Assembly: GCA_001179505.1 (NCBI GenBank)
Contig: CDMY01000228.1
Span: forward strand, 1 to 64,000
DNA: 64,000 bases
Direction: 5' to 3'
Source: Vitrella brassicaformis CCMP3155
Lineage: Eukaryota > Protista > Chromerida
Part shown: piece by piece, positions 12,636 to 26,653 of the stretch
How the letters are laid out: each line of letters starts with the position of its first letter
How positions within the stretch are numbered: position 1 is the first letter of the stretch
Notes under the pieces: generated by a model
The model's database searches: none
What the model saw: the letters and a program-made list of their open reading frames with translations, nothing else
Told to the model about the DNA's origin: nothing
Program-made: the position numbers and the translations under genes

Positions 12636-15381
12636 ATGGCGGAGGGCACATCTGATGCAGGAGAAGTGGCAGGAGGAAGCTGCTTGCCATTATCCGCAGA
12701 GATCATGGAGGCGGGCAAGCATGTGATTCTGCGAGATCTGAGGGGCGTCGACTACATCAAGAAGGTCCAAAGGGGCAGGTGAGGCGCACACAAGCGACAT
12801 TTATCGAAAACAGGCGACTGCATTCATTACTTCATTGTGTGTGTGTGTGTGTGTGTGTGTGTTGCAGGGACGAGCGGATAGGCAAGTATAAGTTCCCATT
12901 GGGTCTGCTGATCGGTCAGCCCTACGGCAGCACATTCAGGGAGGAGGGCGGCAAGTGGAAGGGAGCCGCCAAAATCACACTCGGCACCATCGACGGTATC
13001 TATCGTTCAGCACCGCACAACCGCACACCACACGCCCTCGCCAAACACACAATGTGTCTACGACAATGCCTTTCTCTCTGTGTGGGTGTGTCCAGATGAC
13101 GGTCAGGGAGAGGGAGAGGGCGAAGAGGAGGATGCGGCAGCGGACGATGGCGATGGGGATGGCGATGGAGATATGGAGCAGCCAGAGCCTGCTGTCGGTG
13201 GGGCTGGGCTGCAGCGGACCAATCAGTATCTGCAGGACGACAACACGGCGCAGGCACTCACCCAGGACGACATACACAGGATGAAACAAGAAGGTCAGCC
13301 AGCCAGCCAGCCGCTGTGTTGCTGCGGGTGATGCGTGGGTGAGCGGATGTGTGTTGTCGTGCCCCTCTCTGTTGGTAATGCATTCGCACTGGCAGGCAAG
13401 AGTGCAGACGAGCTGATTGCCGCCCTCAAGGCGCATTCCTCTACCTTTGCGGGCAAGACGGCCTTCTCGCAGCAGAAATGGCTCGTCAAAAAACAGAAAA
13501 AGTGAGTGGGGTGGATGACACCACACCACACACACATACCCACTGACTGAGACGGGAGAGAGGTCGTGTGTGTCTTCCTGTGCTGTATGTATGTCATGTG
13601 TGCTGTGTGTGCTGCAGGTACGTGAAGCAGCTGACTGCGATGCGGCCTGGGATACTGGAGCTGTGCGAACTCTACGCACAGATCGACCCTGCAAAGATAT
13701 GGTGGGTAGCGCCCCGCACACACGCATCAACACTTTTTACTGTGTTAACTCACATGTGTGTGTGTGTGTGTGTGTGTTGCAGTGGTCTGCGTGTGGACTA
13801 TGTGGGTGCCATTGTGACGTTGGGGAACGTGTCGAGCGGCCGTCGCGTGATCGTGTGCGACCAGTCGATGGGCCTCATCACAGCAGCCATCGCACAGCAA
13901 ATGGCAGGTGGGATGGGTGGGTATCGCACAGCAAATGGCAGGTGGGATGGGTGGGTGGGTGTGTTGATTCTGTCCGTCCGCCACGTCACGTCCATGCCAT
14001 CCATCCACCGATCAGATCACGACACTGGAGCTGTGTGGTGTGGCGTGTGGCGTGCAGGTGATGGTGTGCTGTATCGGGTGACCCGTCGTGGTGTGAGTGA
14101 CAAGATCGTGCACGAGCTGGACACGCCCACACAGCATAGACAGATCGTCACTGATGTCCCCTCGGAGATCGTAAGGAACCGATCCCACACACACCACACG
14201 GACACCCTCACACGACACACGGAGATACACTCGTGTGTGTCTGTGTCTGTGTGTGTGTGTGTGTCTGTGTCTGTGTTGGCATCTATGTTATCAGCTGACG
14301 AGTGCCAGCCCCTGGGAAGAGCCGTGGCTGAAGCAGACTGCCGCCACCCCACACACGGCAACACAGCAGGGAACAGAAGCAGCAGCACCACCACCACCAG
14401 CAGCAGCAGCAGCAGCAGCAGGGCCAGAGAGAGAAGAACCAGACAAGGACACCACACAGGCGGCCGACGCCCAAACCACTGAACAGGGTATGCAAGCTAG
14501 CCCACACTCACACCCTCCAGACAACAAACCTCCCTCCCTCCCTCCCCCCCTCCCTCCTTCTCGGTCGGTCAATCACAGGCGACAAAGCGGCAAGCAGCCG
14601 ATCTCGTGGCCGCAAGCGGAAAGCCCCGCCAACGAGCAGACCGTCGGATGATGATCCCGGCAGCACCACACCAGCACCGCCGGCATCTGACGTGCGGAGG
14701 GAGCGGCGGATCGCCATCTTCAAACGGCTGGAGAACGAGGGCGTGCAGAGGTGGGTGAGATGACGTGTGAGCGCATCTATGCCGCCGCATTACGTGTGAG
14801 TGTGTGTGGGTGGGTGGGTGGGACATGCATGTCAGTGTGGTTGGTGTGCTGGCTGGCCCGCCGAAGGGTGATCCCGCTGCCATGTCTGGCGAGATGATGA
14901 CTCTCGCCGACCGATACCTCAAACCTGGTGAGGAAGCTGAACCGAACCGAGCAGCTGAGCTAGCCGTGTGTGGTGGTCACTTCACTTACACTCTCCCTGT
15001 CTTTCCCATGCAGACGGTCGCTTTGTCCTCTACTGCCAATACGCGCAGGTGCGGCAGCCATACAGTACAGCCAGGCCCCCCCCGCACAAACACACCGCAC
15101 CGTGCTGTGTTGTGTTGTGTTGTGTGGTGCCACCTTTCATGCCCCTCCCCTCTCTGTCTGTCTGGGTGTGTGTGTGCGTGGTATCCGTCCACCCCCATCA
15201 GCCGTTGACATCGCTGCAGGCGGCACTGCACCGGTCCCCCTCGTTCATCCATGTGCGGGTGGAGCAGCTCTTCCTGCGCGAGTGGCAGGTGCTGCCCGGC
15301 CGCACACACCCGCTCATGGCCAGCGACATGCGCCTCCTCGGCGGCTTCATCCTCTCGGCTATCAAGGTCCTTGACGGCTAG
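12636..15381 (+). CDS. TRM6: tRNA (adenine-58-N1)-methyltransferase non-catalytic subunit (Gcd10/TRM6)
   Basis: IGKYKFPLGLLIGQPYGSTF; DDNTAQALTQDDIHRMKQEG; STFAGKTAFSQQKWLVKKQKK; GLRVDYVGAIVTLGNV; EQLFLREWQVLPGRTHPLM..GGFILSAIKV*. Multiple GT-AG introns. Confidence 0.9.
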
Positions 15382-15807
15382 CTGATATGATGTGTGTGTA
15401 TGGGTGTGTCTGTGGCGATCTTGGCGTGCAGTGTTCTGTGTCTTTCCCTTGCCGTTCTCGATGGTTGCTCTGCCCACTGCTCACATGTCTGCGTGGGAGC
15501 AGTGAGCTGTAGCGATGGTCGGGAACTCAGTGGCCGAGACACGAGACGGCATGTCGGTGTGTGAACGGACGAATTGGGCGATGGGTGCACTGCACGGTGC
15601 ATGGTGGATCATTGGCGATGCGCCTATGCATTGCATTGTACAGTCAACCAGCTTGGCCGCACAGAAAGACACTGTGTTTGCGTGTCTCCGTCTGTACGTG
15701 TGTGTCGGTCTAGCTATGTATGAGTCACGCGAGATCTGTCGTGCCTACCGAGGTCAAAACATTGCAATGACTGCATCTGAGGATTCGGTCGTCGCAAATG
15801 GAGAGAC

Positions 15808-18781
15808 ATGCATGCGGCCGGGAGTGGGGGCGCCCCAGAACAATTGCAACGCGTCTCAACACGGGGGATGCGCGGTTCGACAGGGATGCAGTCTCCCGCA
15901 TGGGCCCACGAAAGCGGCGATGGATCTCCCATGATCTACAGGTGAGGTGCCACTTGGAGTGTCCCAGTGCCAAACTAAGCGTCTCTCTCTTTCGTTCCTT
16001 GCTTATTTAGGAGAATCCCTGTGGAGCCGCGTAGCAGCCCCTTGCCGTCGTACGGCACCCTCCTCGTTCGGTTCTACCACCACAACCACTCGCTGCTCAA
16101 GGTCTGCCGGGCCCTCTTCCATCTCGCAACTGAGGACCCCGCCACTTTTGCCAAGCAGTATGTGCACAGCCTGCGGACACTGAAGCCCCTCATACGACTC
16201 GCACTCACTTCATACACTGAACTCACCAGGTAGCTAGGGGCAAAAAAAGGGGAGAGAGCCCACGCATATTGGTCTCTGCACTGTCTGTCGCACGACTGTC
16301 TGTCGTACGAAGATCGCTTTCGTACGACTACTCGCCTGCCGAGGTCCCGCCGGCGCTGCCAGCCAGGAATGGGCGGGACTTCCCTCCTGAGGACTGCGAT
16401 GAGTTCGGTCAGCCATCGAGCGACGGCAATACAAATGTGAATCGACTGCATTCTGTTTGTGTCTCCGTGTATGCAGGGGTCACGGCTCTGCATTACCTCG
16501 TGGGTTGTGGTTGTGTCGACGGTTGTCGTGAGATACTTGTGGGGGGCGACCCGATGCAGCTTTGCCACCGGCAGGACCGGAGGGGAAGAACACCGCTACA
16601 CTGGGCGGCAATCAAGGGTAGGCTGCGGTGCGGTGCGAGGATGGGTCTTTCTATGTGATCTGTCTTTGTGGGCTCTGATTGATTAAGGGTATCCGAAGCT
16701 GTGCGACTTGCTGATAATGCACGGAAGCGATGCGCACACCCGTGACCAAGATCGCTACACGCCTCTGCACCACGCCTGCTCGGAGGGTGCCAGACAGGTG
16801 AGTAAGTCTGTGAAGTCAGCCTGCCTCTGTGCATACGTCACGTGTGCAGGTGGCTTTGCTGCTGTTGTCCGCCCGGGCGGATCCGAGTGCCCCGGGAAGG
16901 GCTAACAAAACACCTTTGATGAAGGCCAGTACATCTGGTAAGCGACAAATCTCACTGATTAATTTGATGGAGGAAGAGACACAATGGCACCGTCTGTCTG
17001 TCTGTCTGATTGTCTGTCTGTCTCCCTGTATCAGGTCATCTTGATATTTGTCGGCTGCTCATTCATGCAAGTAAGTGCCCCGCTCCCGCACTCCTTTCAT
17101 CGCGGCCATCCGCAAGGTGGTTTTTCGCTTGCTTTGTGCTGTGTGGTGAATAAGGGAGCAATGCCGAGGCCGTAACGCAGCGAGGCAGGTGGGTTTTACA
17201 GCACACGCACACAAGTACGCTGACTGATTCGTGTCTGTGTTCAGGAATGCGCTGCACCTGGCTGCCATGGCCGGCCGTGCCGAGGTCTGTGAGTATCTGG
17301 CCACACATTTCCCACAGTGCCTCCACCAGAGAGACGGGGACGGCGAAACGTACGTGAATGAATGAGCAGTAGACATAAAAACAGAGACACTTGGTGTGCT
17401 CACGTATTTGTCGCTGCAGCCCCCTTGACCTTGCCATTGCGTCAAAACGCGTCGCTTCCTCAAATGTAAGCAGGCAGAGCCAGTAGTGCGCAATGCAACC
17501 CAAGTTTGATTGACTAATCCGGCTTTCTCTCTAATCGGCAGGTTCTTCGCAAGGCCGTCATGCTGTGAGGGAGGACACACACATACCTTCCTTCCCCAAG
17601 CTTGTTCTTCCCGTGTATGGTGGTGCATCCATCGCTCCCTCCTTGTCTGTCTGCAGTCACAAGTACGCGCGGTTGACAGGCCAGAGGCCGCCTGCGGTGC
17701 TGGCCAGCAACGACGCGAGAGTGTGTCGCCCTTTGGTGACCGATGCAACGTCCCAGGTGAGAGATGAGATGAAGGGAAGGAGGAGCTTGGAAGGAAACTT
17801 CTATCCTCACTTCCATGTCTAGGAAGTGAGGATGGCTGCATGGGTTGTCGACCCGGTACGTTGGTTTATTTTGAATTAAGGCACTCACTGGGTGCCGGGT
17901 TGCTCTCCTTTTGTCCATTGGTTGTATGTGTTGGCGATGCATCCAGTGCTCTGCGGTGTGTTCGTATGTGGTGTTGGTACAAGACGTCAAGAAGCCCTCC
18001 AGTCGGTCTTACAAAGTGTAGGTTGGTTCGCAACACCGCACCCCCCCTCTGTCTTACTCACTCCTTTCCCTCGTGCAGGTACTTCGAGCGCAATTCATCA
18101 CAGCTGGCCTACGATCAGGTCGAATTCAGCATCACGCCATACAGGTGCGTACGTGACGTGCGATGTGTCCACCCCGACAGACACAAGCCATATATACCAC
18201 ATTCGTGTCTCTGTCTGTTCTCCATGCGTCTCACTCAAACCACACCACACGTGTGCTCATGGCATGCAGGCCTGACAGCGCCCCTCTGTTCGGCCCCCAT
18301 CTCCACCCTGTTCAGCCCCTCTTCTTCCAGGGCCGCACCTACTCGTTCCGCCTTCTGGCCATATTTGACCCAAACAGCTCATGGGCGAATGGTAAGTCAG
18401 TCACACAAACCCGTGTCGCCATGCTGTATGCTTGGCCTGGGTGGCATTGCAGATCAGTGTCTCGTGCACAAACAGCCGGAGGGAGCGCCGTGCACTGGTG
18501 AGGCCCCCTCCTGGCCAACATACCGACCTCACTCGTGTGAGGTCCTGGACAAGTGCCAAGAGAGCATCAGCGTCCCCCGACAGCGGCCATCGTCCCCGTC
18601 GCCCTACCGCTTCACTGAGATTGAGGCGGATGGGACGGGGGCGGGGCAGAGAGAGAATGGGGAGAGGGAGGAGAGACAAGTGATGGTGGAGTGTGATGGG
18701 GAGAGTCGGTATTGGTATGACAGCGGGGGCAGGCTCGCCGGCGTGTTCTCGCCGTGGAGTGCGCCGGTCACCATTGAGTGA
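15808..18781 (+). CDS. Ankyrin-repeat protein with an uncharacterised C-terminal region, multi-exon
   Basis: ANK motifs VTALHYLV, GRTPLHWAAIKG, RYTPLHHACSEG, KTPLMKAS, NALHLAAMAGRAEVCEYL. Start and several junctions are approximate. Confidence 0.7.
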
Positions 18782-19462
18782 CTGACACACGACTGATGGA
18801 TGGATGGAGTGCGGAGCGATGGATGGATGGATGGATGGATGGATGCGACAGATCGCGGCTGTAGGTGTCTGGTGAGTGAGTGCAGACGGATCGGACGGGC
18901 GACATGACATTCAAACGGAGGCGTGGATGAACGGATTACGTGCGTCACCCACCTTTCACAGACAGAGTGCTTCGTAAGTCCGTTTGTCTCGTGTGTGCGT
19001 GCACGACGTAGAATCAAGTCCCAAACAGACATGACATGGATGTCAGCAGATCAGACACGGGAAACGGCGTCATTCAAGCAACGACCTGGTGGTGCGGTCA
19101 GTCAGATGAATGCTGGGTGCGGTGCTTTGTGTGGTCTATCCTAGGCAAGTATCCAAGGAATAATCAGCCCGTCCTCCCTCCCTCCCAAATCTTCCTTTTG
19201 CTGTAGTGTATGGCTTATTCTACCCTCAGCCAGGGCAGCCAATGCTGCAAGGAAAAAGAGGGGCTCTCCCACAGCCAACAAAAAGAGAGAGAGAGAGGCG
19301 CCCGTCCGCATACCAGACACATATACACAGACGCACATACACACCCATCCATATACACCGTGCACGGACTACCAATGCACACACAAATCCCTCCCCCCTC
19401 TCTCCCCCTCCCCCCCGGCCGCCCGCCATACGTCTATCGTGTCGATGCCTATCTTCGTCGAT

Positions 19463-20288
19463 CTAAGCAGTGGCGGTGTACTGGCAGCCGGCCGGGAACT
19501 GGTCGCTCTTGACGCACTGTGCGTTGGCAGCGGTGCTCTTGGTGCACCCGAAGGCGGCGAAGGGGACGCCACCGCCCTTCTGGTGGACGTCCGTGATGAT
19601 GTCGGCTCGCGTCTTGCGGCTGTCGCTCGACAGGCCCCACGACGACAGGGGCAACGTGGTGCCGGCTGGAAGCATGAAAAACTCGTACCGGTGGAAGCCC
19701 TGGGGAGGCGTTGGTGGCGCGTAGGTCACCACCTGCATCCACCCATCCATCCATCCATCCACCCATCCACACATGGTACTTTGCAGTCAATGTGTGTCGC
19801 CCGCCCTCTCGCGCACCTCGCATCCCTTCCACTTGTGTGATCCGGTGCTGAGTGTGATGAGATGCTCGCCTCTGTGGCACTTGGGGTCCGGCTCCTCGCC
19901 AGGCGTTAGGGAAGTCACGTACCAATGCAGCCAACCGAAGTTGCTCTGACCCGAATCGCACCCATGAGGGGCGTCTGACATGACAAAGGGATATATGGAC
20001 GGGAGAGACGGAAACAGACACAACAGCCAGCCAGCAGGACAGGCAGGTGGGGATGCGCCATGATTGTGTCCTGCACTCCGGGCTACCTGGGTCGATGCAC
20101 ACGATGGATGCGCCCTTGGCTTCCTCGCCCAGCACGAGGTGCTTGGCTACATCAGGCCCTTTCATGGCCTTTGTGAGGTGGAAGGTGGGGGGGAACGACG
20201 CCATTTTCACCGGGTCTACGCTGAACGCCGATGCGGATGCTGCACTCGACAGGAGGAAAGAGATCCCGGCAAAGGACCGACGGATCAT
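19463..20288 (-). CDS. Signal-peptide-bearing PEBP (phosphatidylethanolamine-binding / RKIP-like) family protein
   Basis: MIRRSFAGISFLLSSAASASAF leader; DAPHG..FGWLHWYVTSL; VVTYAPPTPPQGFHRYEF (PEBP-type Y.PP.PP.G.HRY motif). Confidence 0.8.
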
Positions 20289-20335
20289 CCTTGCGTTTTT
20301 CAGCTCGCAGGACTCGGATCGGCAAGCTGTTTTCT

Positions 20336-21324
20336 ATGCGCTCTTTTGGCTCTTCGGGTGCATCGCTGACGTCCTCTTCAGGGCCCGCACAGGACAGGAC
20401 TCTCGGCTCGGCCCTGAAGGCCCGTGGCGGCATCGTTCGAAGCAGCCCCAACGCTCCAAGCGATAAGCCACTGCAAGGCACCAATCGAGGCACCAATGGT
20501 CTGCCTGTGAGGACTATCACGCTCTACGAGGACGCCCAGAGCCTCGCCTCGGCCAGTGGAAAGCCATGCAGAGACCCGGTGGGTACAGAATGTACCGAAA
20601 TGCATTCGATGAAGCGCACTGCAACGGTGCTAGCGCTCTCTTTGCAGGTAGAATGGCTTTCCAGCGAGCAGCAGGGCAAGCTGCCCTCCCGTCGGTCTAT
20701 CCGCTTCGACCCCTCCCGCCCCGCATCAACCAAGCCCCCAACAACGTCTGAGCCCTCCCCCTCCCCACAGGCCAGTGGCAGCACCACCGGTACCACCACT
20801 ATGCTGTGCAAGCTGCGGAGAGGCCCGGACGTGTTTTGGATACAGCACTCGACGCAGATAGTCCACCTGCCAGATGTGGACCCCGCACCCAACCTCGGCG
20901 GCCCATCGCTGGTCGACCGGCGGCCGTCCCCCAGACCTGCGGCGGGTCGCCAGCAGGTTGACCGGAGAAGGGGAGGGACTCAGAGGCGGCCGCCTGGCGA
21001 GGGTGCGGGTAAAGTGGGGGTGGGTGTGCCTGCTCCCCCGTGTGCGCCTCACCCATATGATGGCACGATGCACTCTGCTGACGAGGGGTGCGTGCGGCCT
21101 GCACGATGAGTGAGACAGACAGAGAGATCCACACATACTCACATGGTCAGCCAGATACACACTGGGTGCAGGAGGGTATCGGGTGGATGAGTCTGCCTCT
21201 GCCTGTCTCTCTCTGCGTGTGTGCGTGTGAGTGCAGGGGCGAGGGCGTTCTGTCTTTCATCTCGCGGGTGTTCGGAGTTGTGCATACCTCTGACAGCAAC
21301 AGTGACGATGACCAGGCTGCATGA
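20336..21324 (+). CDS. Hypothetical Ser/Pro-rich protein (splicing of 3' part unresolved)
   Basis: ATG 20336 in the long ORF 20231-21109; in-frame GT-AG intron 20579-20647; candidate last exon to 21324. No recognisable domain. Confidence 0.35.
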
Positions 21325-21654
21325 TGGGAGGGGATGGGAATCATGGGATGGATGGGGGTCTGCTAGGTGTGGTGAGAGAGAGGGTGTGGATGTGGGGGTG
21401 GGGGTGGACGGCCAGGACACTCTATCGCTTGCATACGTTGGGAGTTTGCTAAGACGCCGGGGCGGGCAAGTCAAGTCTGTGTGTCGGTCGACTCGACTCA
21501 AGAAACCACTGGAAACCATTACATGCATGGTCCCTTCGGGAAACGTCATGCTGTCATGTCATGCACATCTCTCTTCTTCGCTGCATTTGCAGACAGACAC
21601 ACATCGTGATGCCATCAGAGTGGCAAAAAGGCCCAGCATCACCCATTATCCCCG

Positions 21655-24600
21655 TCATGGCTGGTTAGTCCTTCCCCCCTCAGCCCTAGCCCTTCTTCTG
21701 TCTAAGAACTGCTCGACAGCCGCCCTACACCTCGGACACAGCGAGTGTCTGCTCGGGGGGTCGTCTTGGCTCCTCGGCGAGCCTTGCCACTCTGACACAT
21801 CCTCGCCCCACATCCAACACCTGCATACACACACACACACACACACACACATTTCCGACCATCATTCTCTCAGTCGTCTTTCCTCCCTTCTCTCTGACCG
21901 ACTGACCTTTCGCACTTGGTCCCGACCGCCTTGCTGACCCCCACAGTGCAGCCACTCCCCGTCTGCTCAGCCGACAGCCGGAACTCAGGGCAGCTGCCCT
22001 CCACTGCACCGGGGGAGTCGGCCAGGTGCACTTGAGAGGTGAGGAACAGGAATCTCAAGTCGTCCACAGCACTGATGCGGCCATCGGTGGTGGTGGTGGT
22101 GGTTGCGAGAAGGGGCGACTGGTCTGGGAGCAGCTCTCTGAGCCACGAGGTGGTCTGGGGGTCGGGGCAGTGGATGTGCACGGCGGCCTCGCTGTTGGCA
22201 CCGACCAGCTTGGCTGTGCGTGCGGACTCGATCACCTGCACAGCACAGCACAACGTAGGGCGGGTTTCGTGAGTGAAGCCGCCCTCTGCTCATACATTTC
22301 TCACCTACTCACCTTGTTGACGTCATCTCTGAGCGTCATGACCAGATCCCACTTGTCCTCCCTGAAGGGGGGTGACGCCTCAGCACCGCTCGGCCACCCA
22401 GCCTCAAACACACTCCCACTCCGCCTCACCCCCTCCCCATCATGAGGCAAGTTCTGCCATATGTCTTCAGCCATGTGCGGCAGCAGGGGCGCGAGCAACA
22501 GGGCAAACGCCTCGGTGACCACCCGTATGACCGACTGGCACGCGCGCCTTCGCCGGTCGTTGGGCGTCGAGATGTAGAGGCGGTCCTTGGAGACGTCGAG
22601 GTAGAAGTTGGAGAGCAGCTGGTTGCTGAAGGCCAGCAGCTCCTGCGTCACCCTGTAGAACTGGTAGGACTCGTAGGCCTCACGCACTCGACGGATGAGG
22701 CTGGCCGTCTTGCCGAGCACCCACTTGTCAACCTCGGGGAGATCTTCATACGCAACACCATCCTGCACACCACACCACCATGGTATGGTAAGACACAAAG
22801 AAAGAGAGTGCAGGGTTTGTCTGACTGGTCTGGTGTGGTGTGGTGTGGGGCTCAGCTCACTTGTTCTTTGTCGAAGTCGTGTATGTTGCCGATGAGGAAG
22901 CGTGCGGTGTTCCTGAGTTTGCGGTAGGCGTCAAAGACCTGCTTGATGATGGTGCCTCCCACCAACACGTCCGAGCTGTAATCCACCGTCGCCACCCACA
23001 GCCTGACACCCACACACACACACAGAGGGAGAGAGAGCGAGATACCATTTAAGTGTCCGTGTGTGTATCGTTTCTGTGCAAATGCCCACCTGAGCACATC
23101 CGCCCCATAGGCCGGCTGTTTCTTCTTGTCGCTGCCGCCCTCGATGATGGTGAGGGGGCTGAGGACGTTGCCCAGCGACTTGCTCATTTTATACCCCTTC
23201 TCGTCCAGCACAAACCCGTGAGTCAGCACCGTCTGGTACGGCGGAGCCCCGCGGACGGCAACCGATGTCAGCAAAGACGACTGGAACCATCCCCGGTGCT
23301 GATGAGACATCGAAACACAACACTTGTTCGTGTGTGGGAGTTCGGTGTGTGTGAGGTGGGGAGGGGGGGGGGATGGTTTCCTTCTCACCTGGTCAGATCC
23401 CTCTAGGTATAGCTCGACGGGATTGTCGTGCCTGAGGTTGTCTCGTGTGTTAACCACCCCCGCCCATGAGCTGCCCGAATCGAACCACACGTCGATGGTG
23501 TCATTGCCGCGAACCCACAGTGACCACTCCGACCTTTGGCCCACCAATATATATACACACACACACACACACGTGTGGAAGGGGGAACGGTGGGTGAGCA
23601 TACAATCCAATCAATCCGTGTGTGTGCGTGTGGTCCGATAGACAGACACCTGTATGGCTCTGGGAGCAGCTGCTGCGTGTCCATGGTCCACCATGCGTCT
23701 GTTCCATGTTGCCTGAAGACCTCCTTGATGTGTGTGATGGTGCTGTTGTTGATGAGTGGCTCGTTGGTGTGGGCCTGGTAGAAGACAGGGATGGGCACGC
23801 CCCAGCTCCTCTGGCGGGAGATGCACCAATCGGACCGGGACGACGTCATCGACGCTGCACACGTCACATCGAGGAGAGAGACAGGGGGCAGGATGGGATG
23901 GCTGTGTGCTGGTGGTGTGTGTGTGTGTGTGCTCTAAAGCACCGACCGATCCGCGTCTTGCCCATCTCGGGGATCCACCTGACCTCATCGATTGCCGCCA
24001 AGGCCGCCTCCCTGCACACACGCCACATGAGACCACAACCACATGCAATGCAATCAACCGTCAGGTCAGCAACATTCATTCATTGTGTCGGTCAGTCAGG
24101 GTCACTGCCTGGCTGGCTGGCTGGCTGACTGACCTGAATGCATCGACGGATATGAACCACTGCTCAGTGGCCCTGAAAATGGTGGGCTTCTTGGTCCGCC
24201 AGTCATAGGGGTAGCGGTGGGGGTAGTCTTCGGCCTTCAGCAGACTCCCACACTCATCCAGCGCCTACACACACACACACACACACACACATCCATCCAT
24301 CCATCTGCTCGTCCATGTGGCCATCCGATCCGTGTGTGTGTGCCTGGATGATCGCTTCATTGCCCTCCTTGAGCACCGACAGGCCTTCGAACCGCTCCCC
24401 CGCCTCAGCAGTGAATCTCCCGTAGTTGTCGACGGGGCTCAGCGGCTCCAGACCATACTTCTGCCCTGCACACACAACACACGAGGGCAGCTGTGTCTTG
24501 GGTGTCTTGGGTGGGGGCGGAGTGTCTCCCATACGCAGGTACCTGTCTCAAAGTCTTCCTGTCCGTGTCCTGGTGCGGTGTGAACGAGCCCGGTGCCAGT

Positions 24601-25716
24601 GTCTGTGGTGATGTAGTCGCCACCAGCCACCACACGAGACACACGACCGTACAGCGGATGCTCGTACCTGTACGACCAAACACACATACATACGTGTCGG
24701 TCGGTGAGTCGAGTCGGTGGGGTGGGGTGGGTGTGGGCGGCTCAGCTCACTGTGTGTCGACGAGGTCCTCTCCCTTGATGGTCGCCAGCACCTCCAGCCC
24801 TTCACCCGTCAACTCGTCCAACGCACCAAGCGCCTTGGACACCTACATACACACAGAGAACAAAACACCACATGTGGTGCGCCACGTCAATCTGGTGTGT
24901 GTGTGTGTGTGTGCGCCAATCAATAGGTACCTCTTTGACAAGGTCCTTGGCCACAATGAGGACCGCGTCGCTGTCAGGCCGCCTGACGAGAGCGTATTGC
25001 AGCTCGGGGTTGACGGCCACGGCCATGTTGCCGGGGATGGTCCAGGGGGTGGTTGTCCACACCGCCACACCCACATCACCCCCCCCACTACCACCGCCGC
25101 CGCCACCGTCAGGCAGGAGCCGGGCAAGCCCATCAGAAGGCGATGTCACCTTGAACGATGCGTAGATGCTCTTAGACACATGGCCGTCAGGGTACTCGAG
25201 CTCCGCCTCCGCCAGGGCTGTTTGCGACGACGGCGACCAGTGAACGGGTTTCTTGCCCTTGTAGACGTGCCCCTTGAGCAGCATCTTGCCGAGGATGTCG
25301 ATCTGCGCCGCCTCGTACTCTGGGTCTAGGGTGAGGTAGGGCTTCTCCCACTCGCCCATGACGCCATACCGCTTGAAGGAGTCACGCTGCTTGTCCACCT
25401 GGGAGAGGGCGAAGGAGGCGGCCCTGAGAGAGAGAGAAGAGAGAGAGAGAGAGAGGTGGGCATGTGTGTGTGTGTGTGTATGGTAGGTGTGGCTGCTCAC
25501 TTTCTTCTGAGGTCGAGTGGTGTCAGCTGCTGCCTCTCGCTGCTCTTCATGCTCTTGAGCACCTGCACGCACCATCGGACAGACAGACAGACATACAGAC
25601 GGACAGGCGTGGCGTCCGTGCTCAGCTCAGCTCACCGCCAGCTCGATGGGCAGTCCATGGCAGTCCCACCCGGGCACATAGCGAACCTTACGCCCTCGAA
25701 GAGACTGATACCTTTC

Positions 25717-25748
<32 letters not shown>

Positions 25749-26653
25749 TGCTGCTGGCTGATGCAGTAAGGCAGGATGGTATGTATGGTAGTTGTCCCTA
25801 TGTACCTGTTGATGAAGTCCTTGAGGATCTTGTTGAGTGCGTGGCCCATGTGCAGCTCCCCGTTGGCGTACGGCGGGCCGTCGTGGAGCACAAAGACCTC
25901 ACCGGGGTTGCTCTCTGCCTGCCGCTCGTAGACCCGCTGCTCGGCCCAAAAGGCCTGCAGCTCAGGCTCTCTGATAGATAGAGGAAGGAAGACACAGACA
26001 TCCATCGTCTGGCGAATGATGAAGGCTGTCATGTCACCTCTCTCCCTCACCGTGTGACAGCGTTGGCGCGTTGTGTGAAGGTGGTCTGTGGGAGGTTGAT
26101 GCTGTCGCTGAAGGGGTTCTCCTCCTCCTTGCCCTTGCCCTTGCCTCTGCCGCCCTTCTTCCCGGCTGTAGCAGTTTTCTGCTCTGATGACGTCGGGGCT
26201 GTCTGCTCGGGGGCCTTCTCAGCCACTGCTGCCGATGCTGCTGCTGCTGCTGGTGGTGGTGGTGGCGCAGTGGACAGCATGTGGCGGGACGGCACTCTCC
26301 TTCTGAGGGCGACGGGGGGGGGGCGTGTAGCGGCCGGTGCAATGAAGCAAGGCGGCTGCAGAGAAGGAGAGAGAGAAGCAGAAGGCACATCGCACCAAGG
26401 CAAGGCGTGTGTGTGTGTTCGATGTGTGTATGCAGCCTCTGTGTGCGATTCTGGGGCATGCACCTACCTCATCGGCAGATCTTTTGGGCGATTGGATGCG
26501 CCTGATTGTCCTGTGCTGCAGGCCCTCTGTGCTTCTCCGACTGCAGCCATCACGCTCAGTGACATCCGCCTTGCCGATGTCAGCAGAAAAGATCAGCGAG
26601 ATGAGAACGGAACAAAACAGTCCCGGCAGCACTGCAGCCGTCCATTGCTGCAT
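21655..26653 (-). CDS. ileS: Isoleucyl-tRNA synthetase, bacterial/organellar type, with a bipartite (signal + transit) leader, probably plastid-targeted
   Basis: HIGH region [24 protein letters not shown]; KMSKS ([11 protein letters not shown]); [11 protein letters not shown]; [15 protein letters not shown]; C-terminal Zn finger KCER/CW..CPRC. Exon 1 (26653-26468) is the hydrophobic leader [23 protein letters not shown]; exon 2 is PPCFIAP followed by a basic Ala/Pro-rich segment. Confidence 0.95.

Noticed and set aside
19141-19365. Small hydrophobic ORF downstream of the PEBP gene
   Set aside because: Short, overlaps microsatellite-rich 3' sequence and has no family motif; cannot be supported.
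20220-20288. ASA-F motif in the PEBP leader as a plastid-targeting signal
   Set aside because: The following sequence (SVDPV...) is acidic early and runs straight into the domain, so no clear transit peptide; secretion is more parsimonious.
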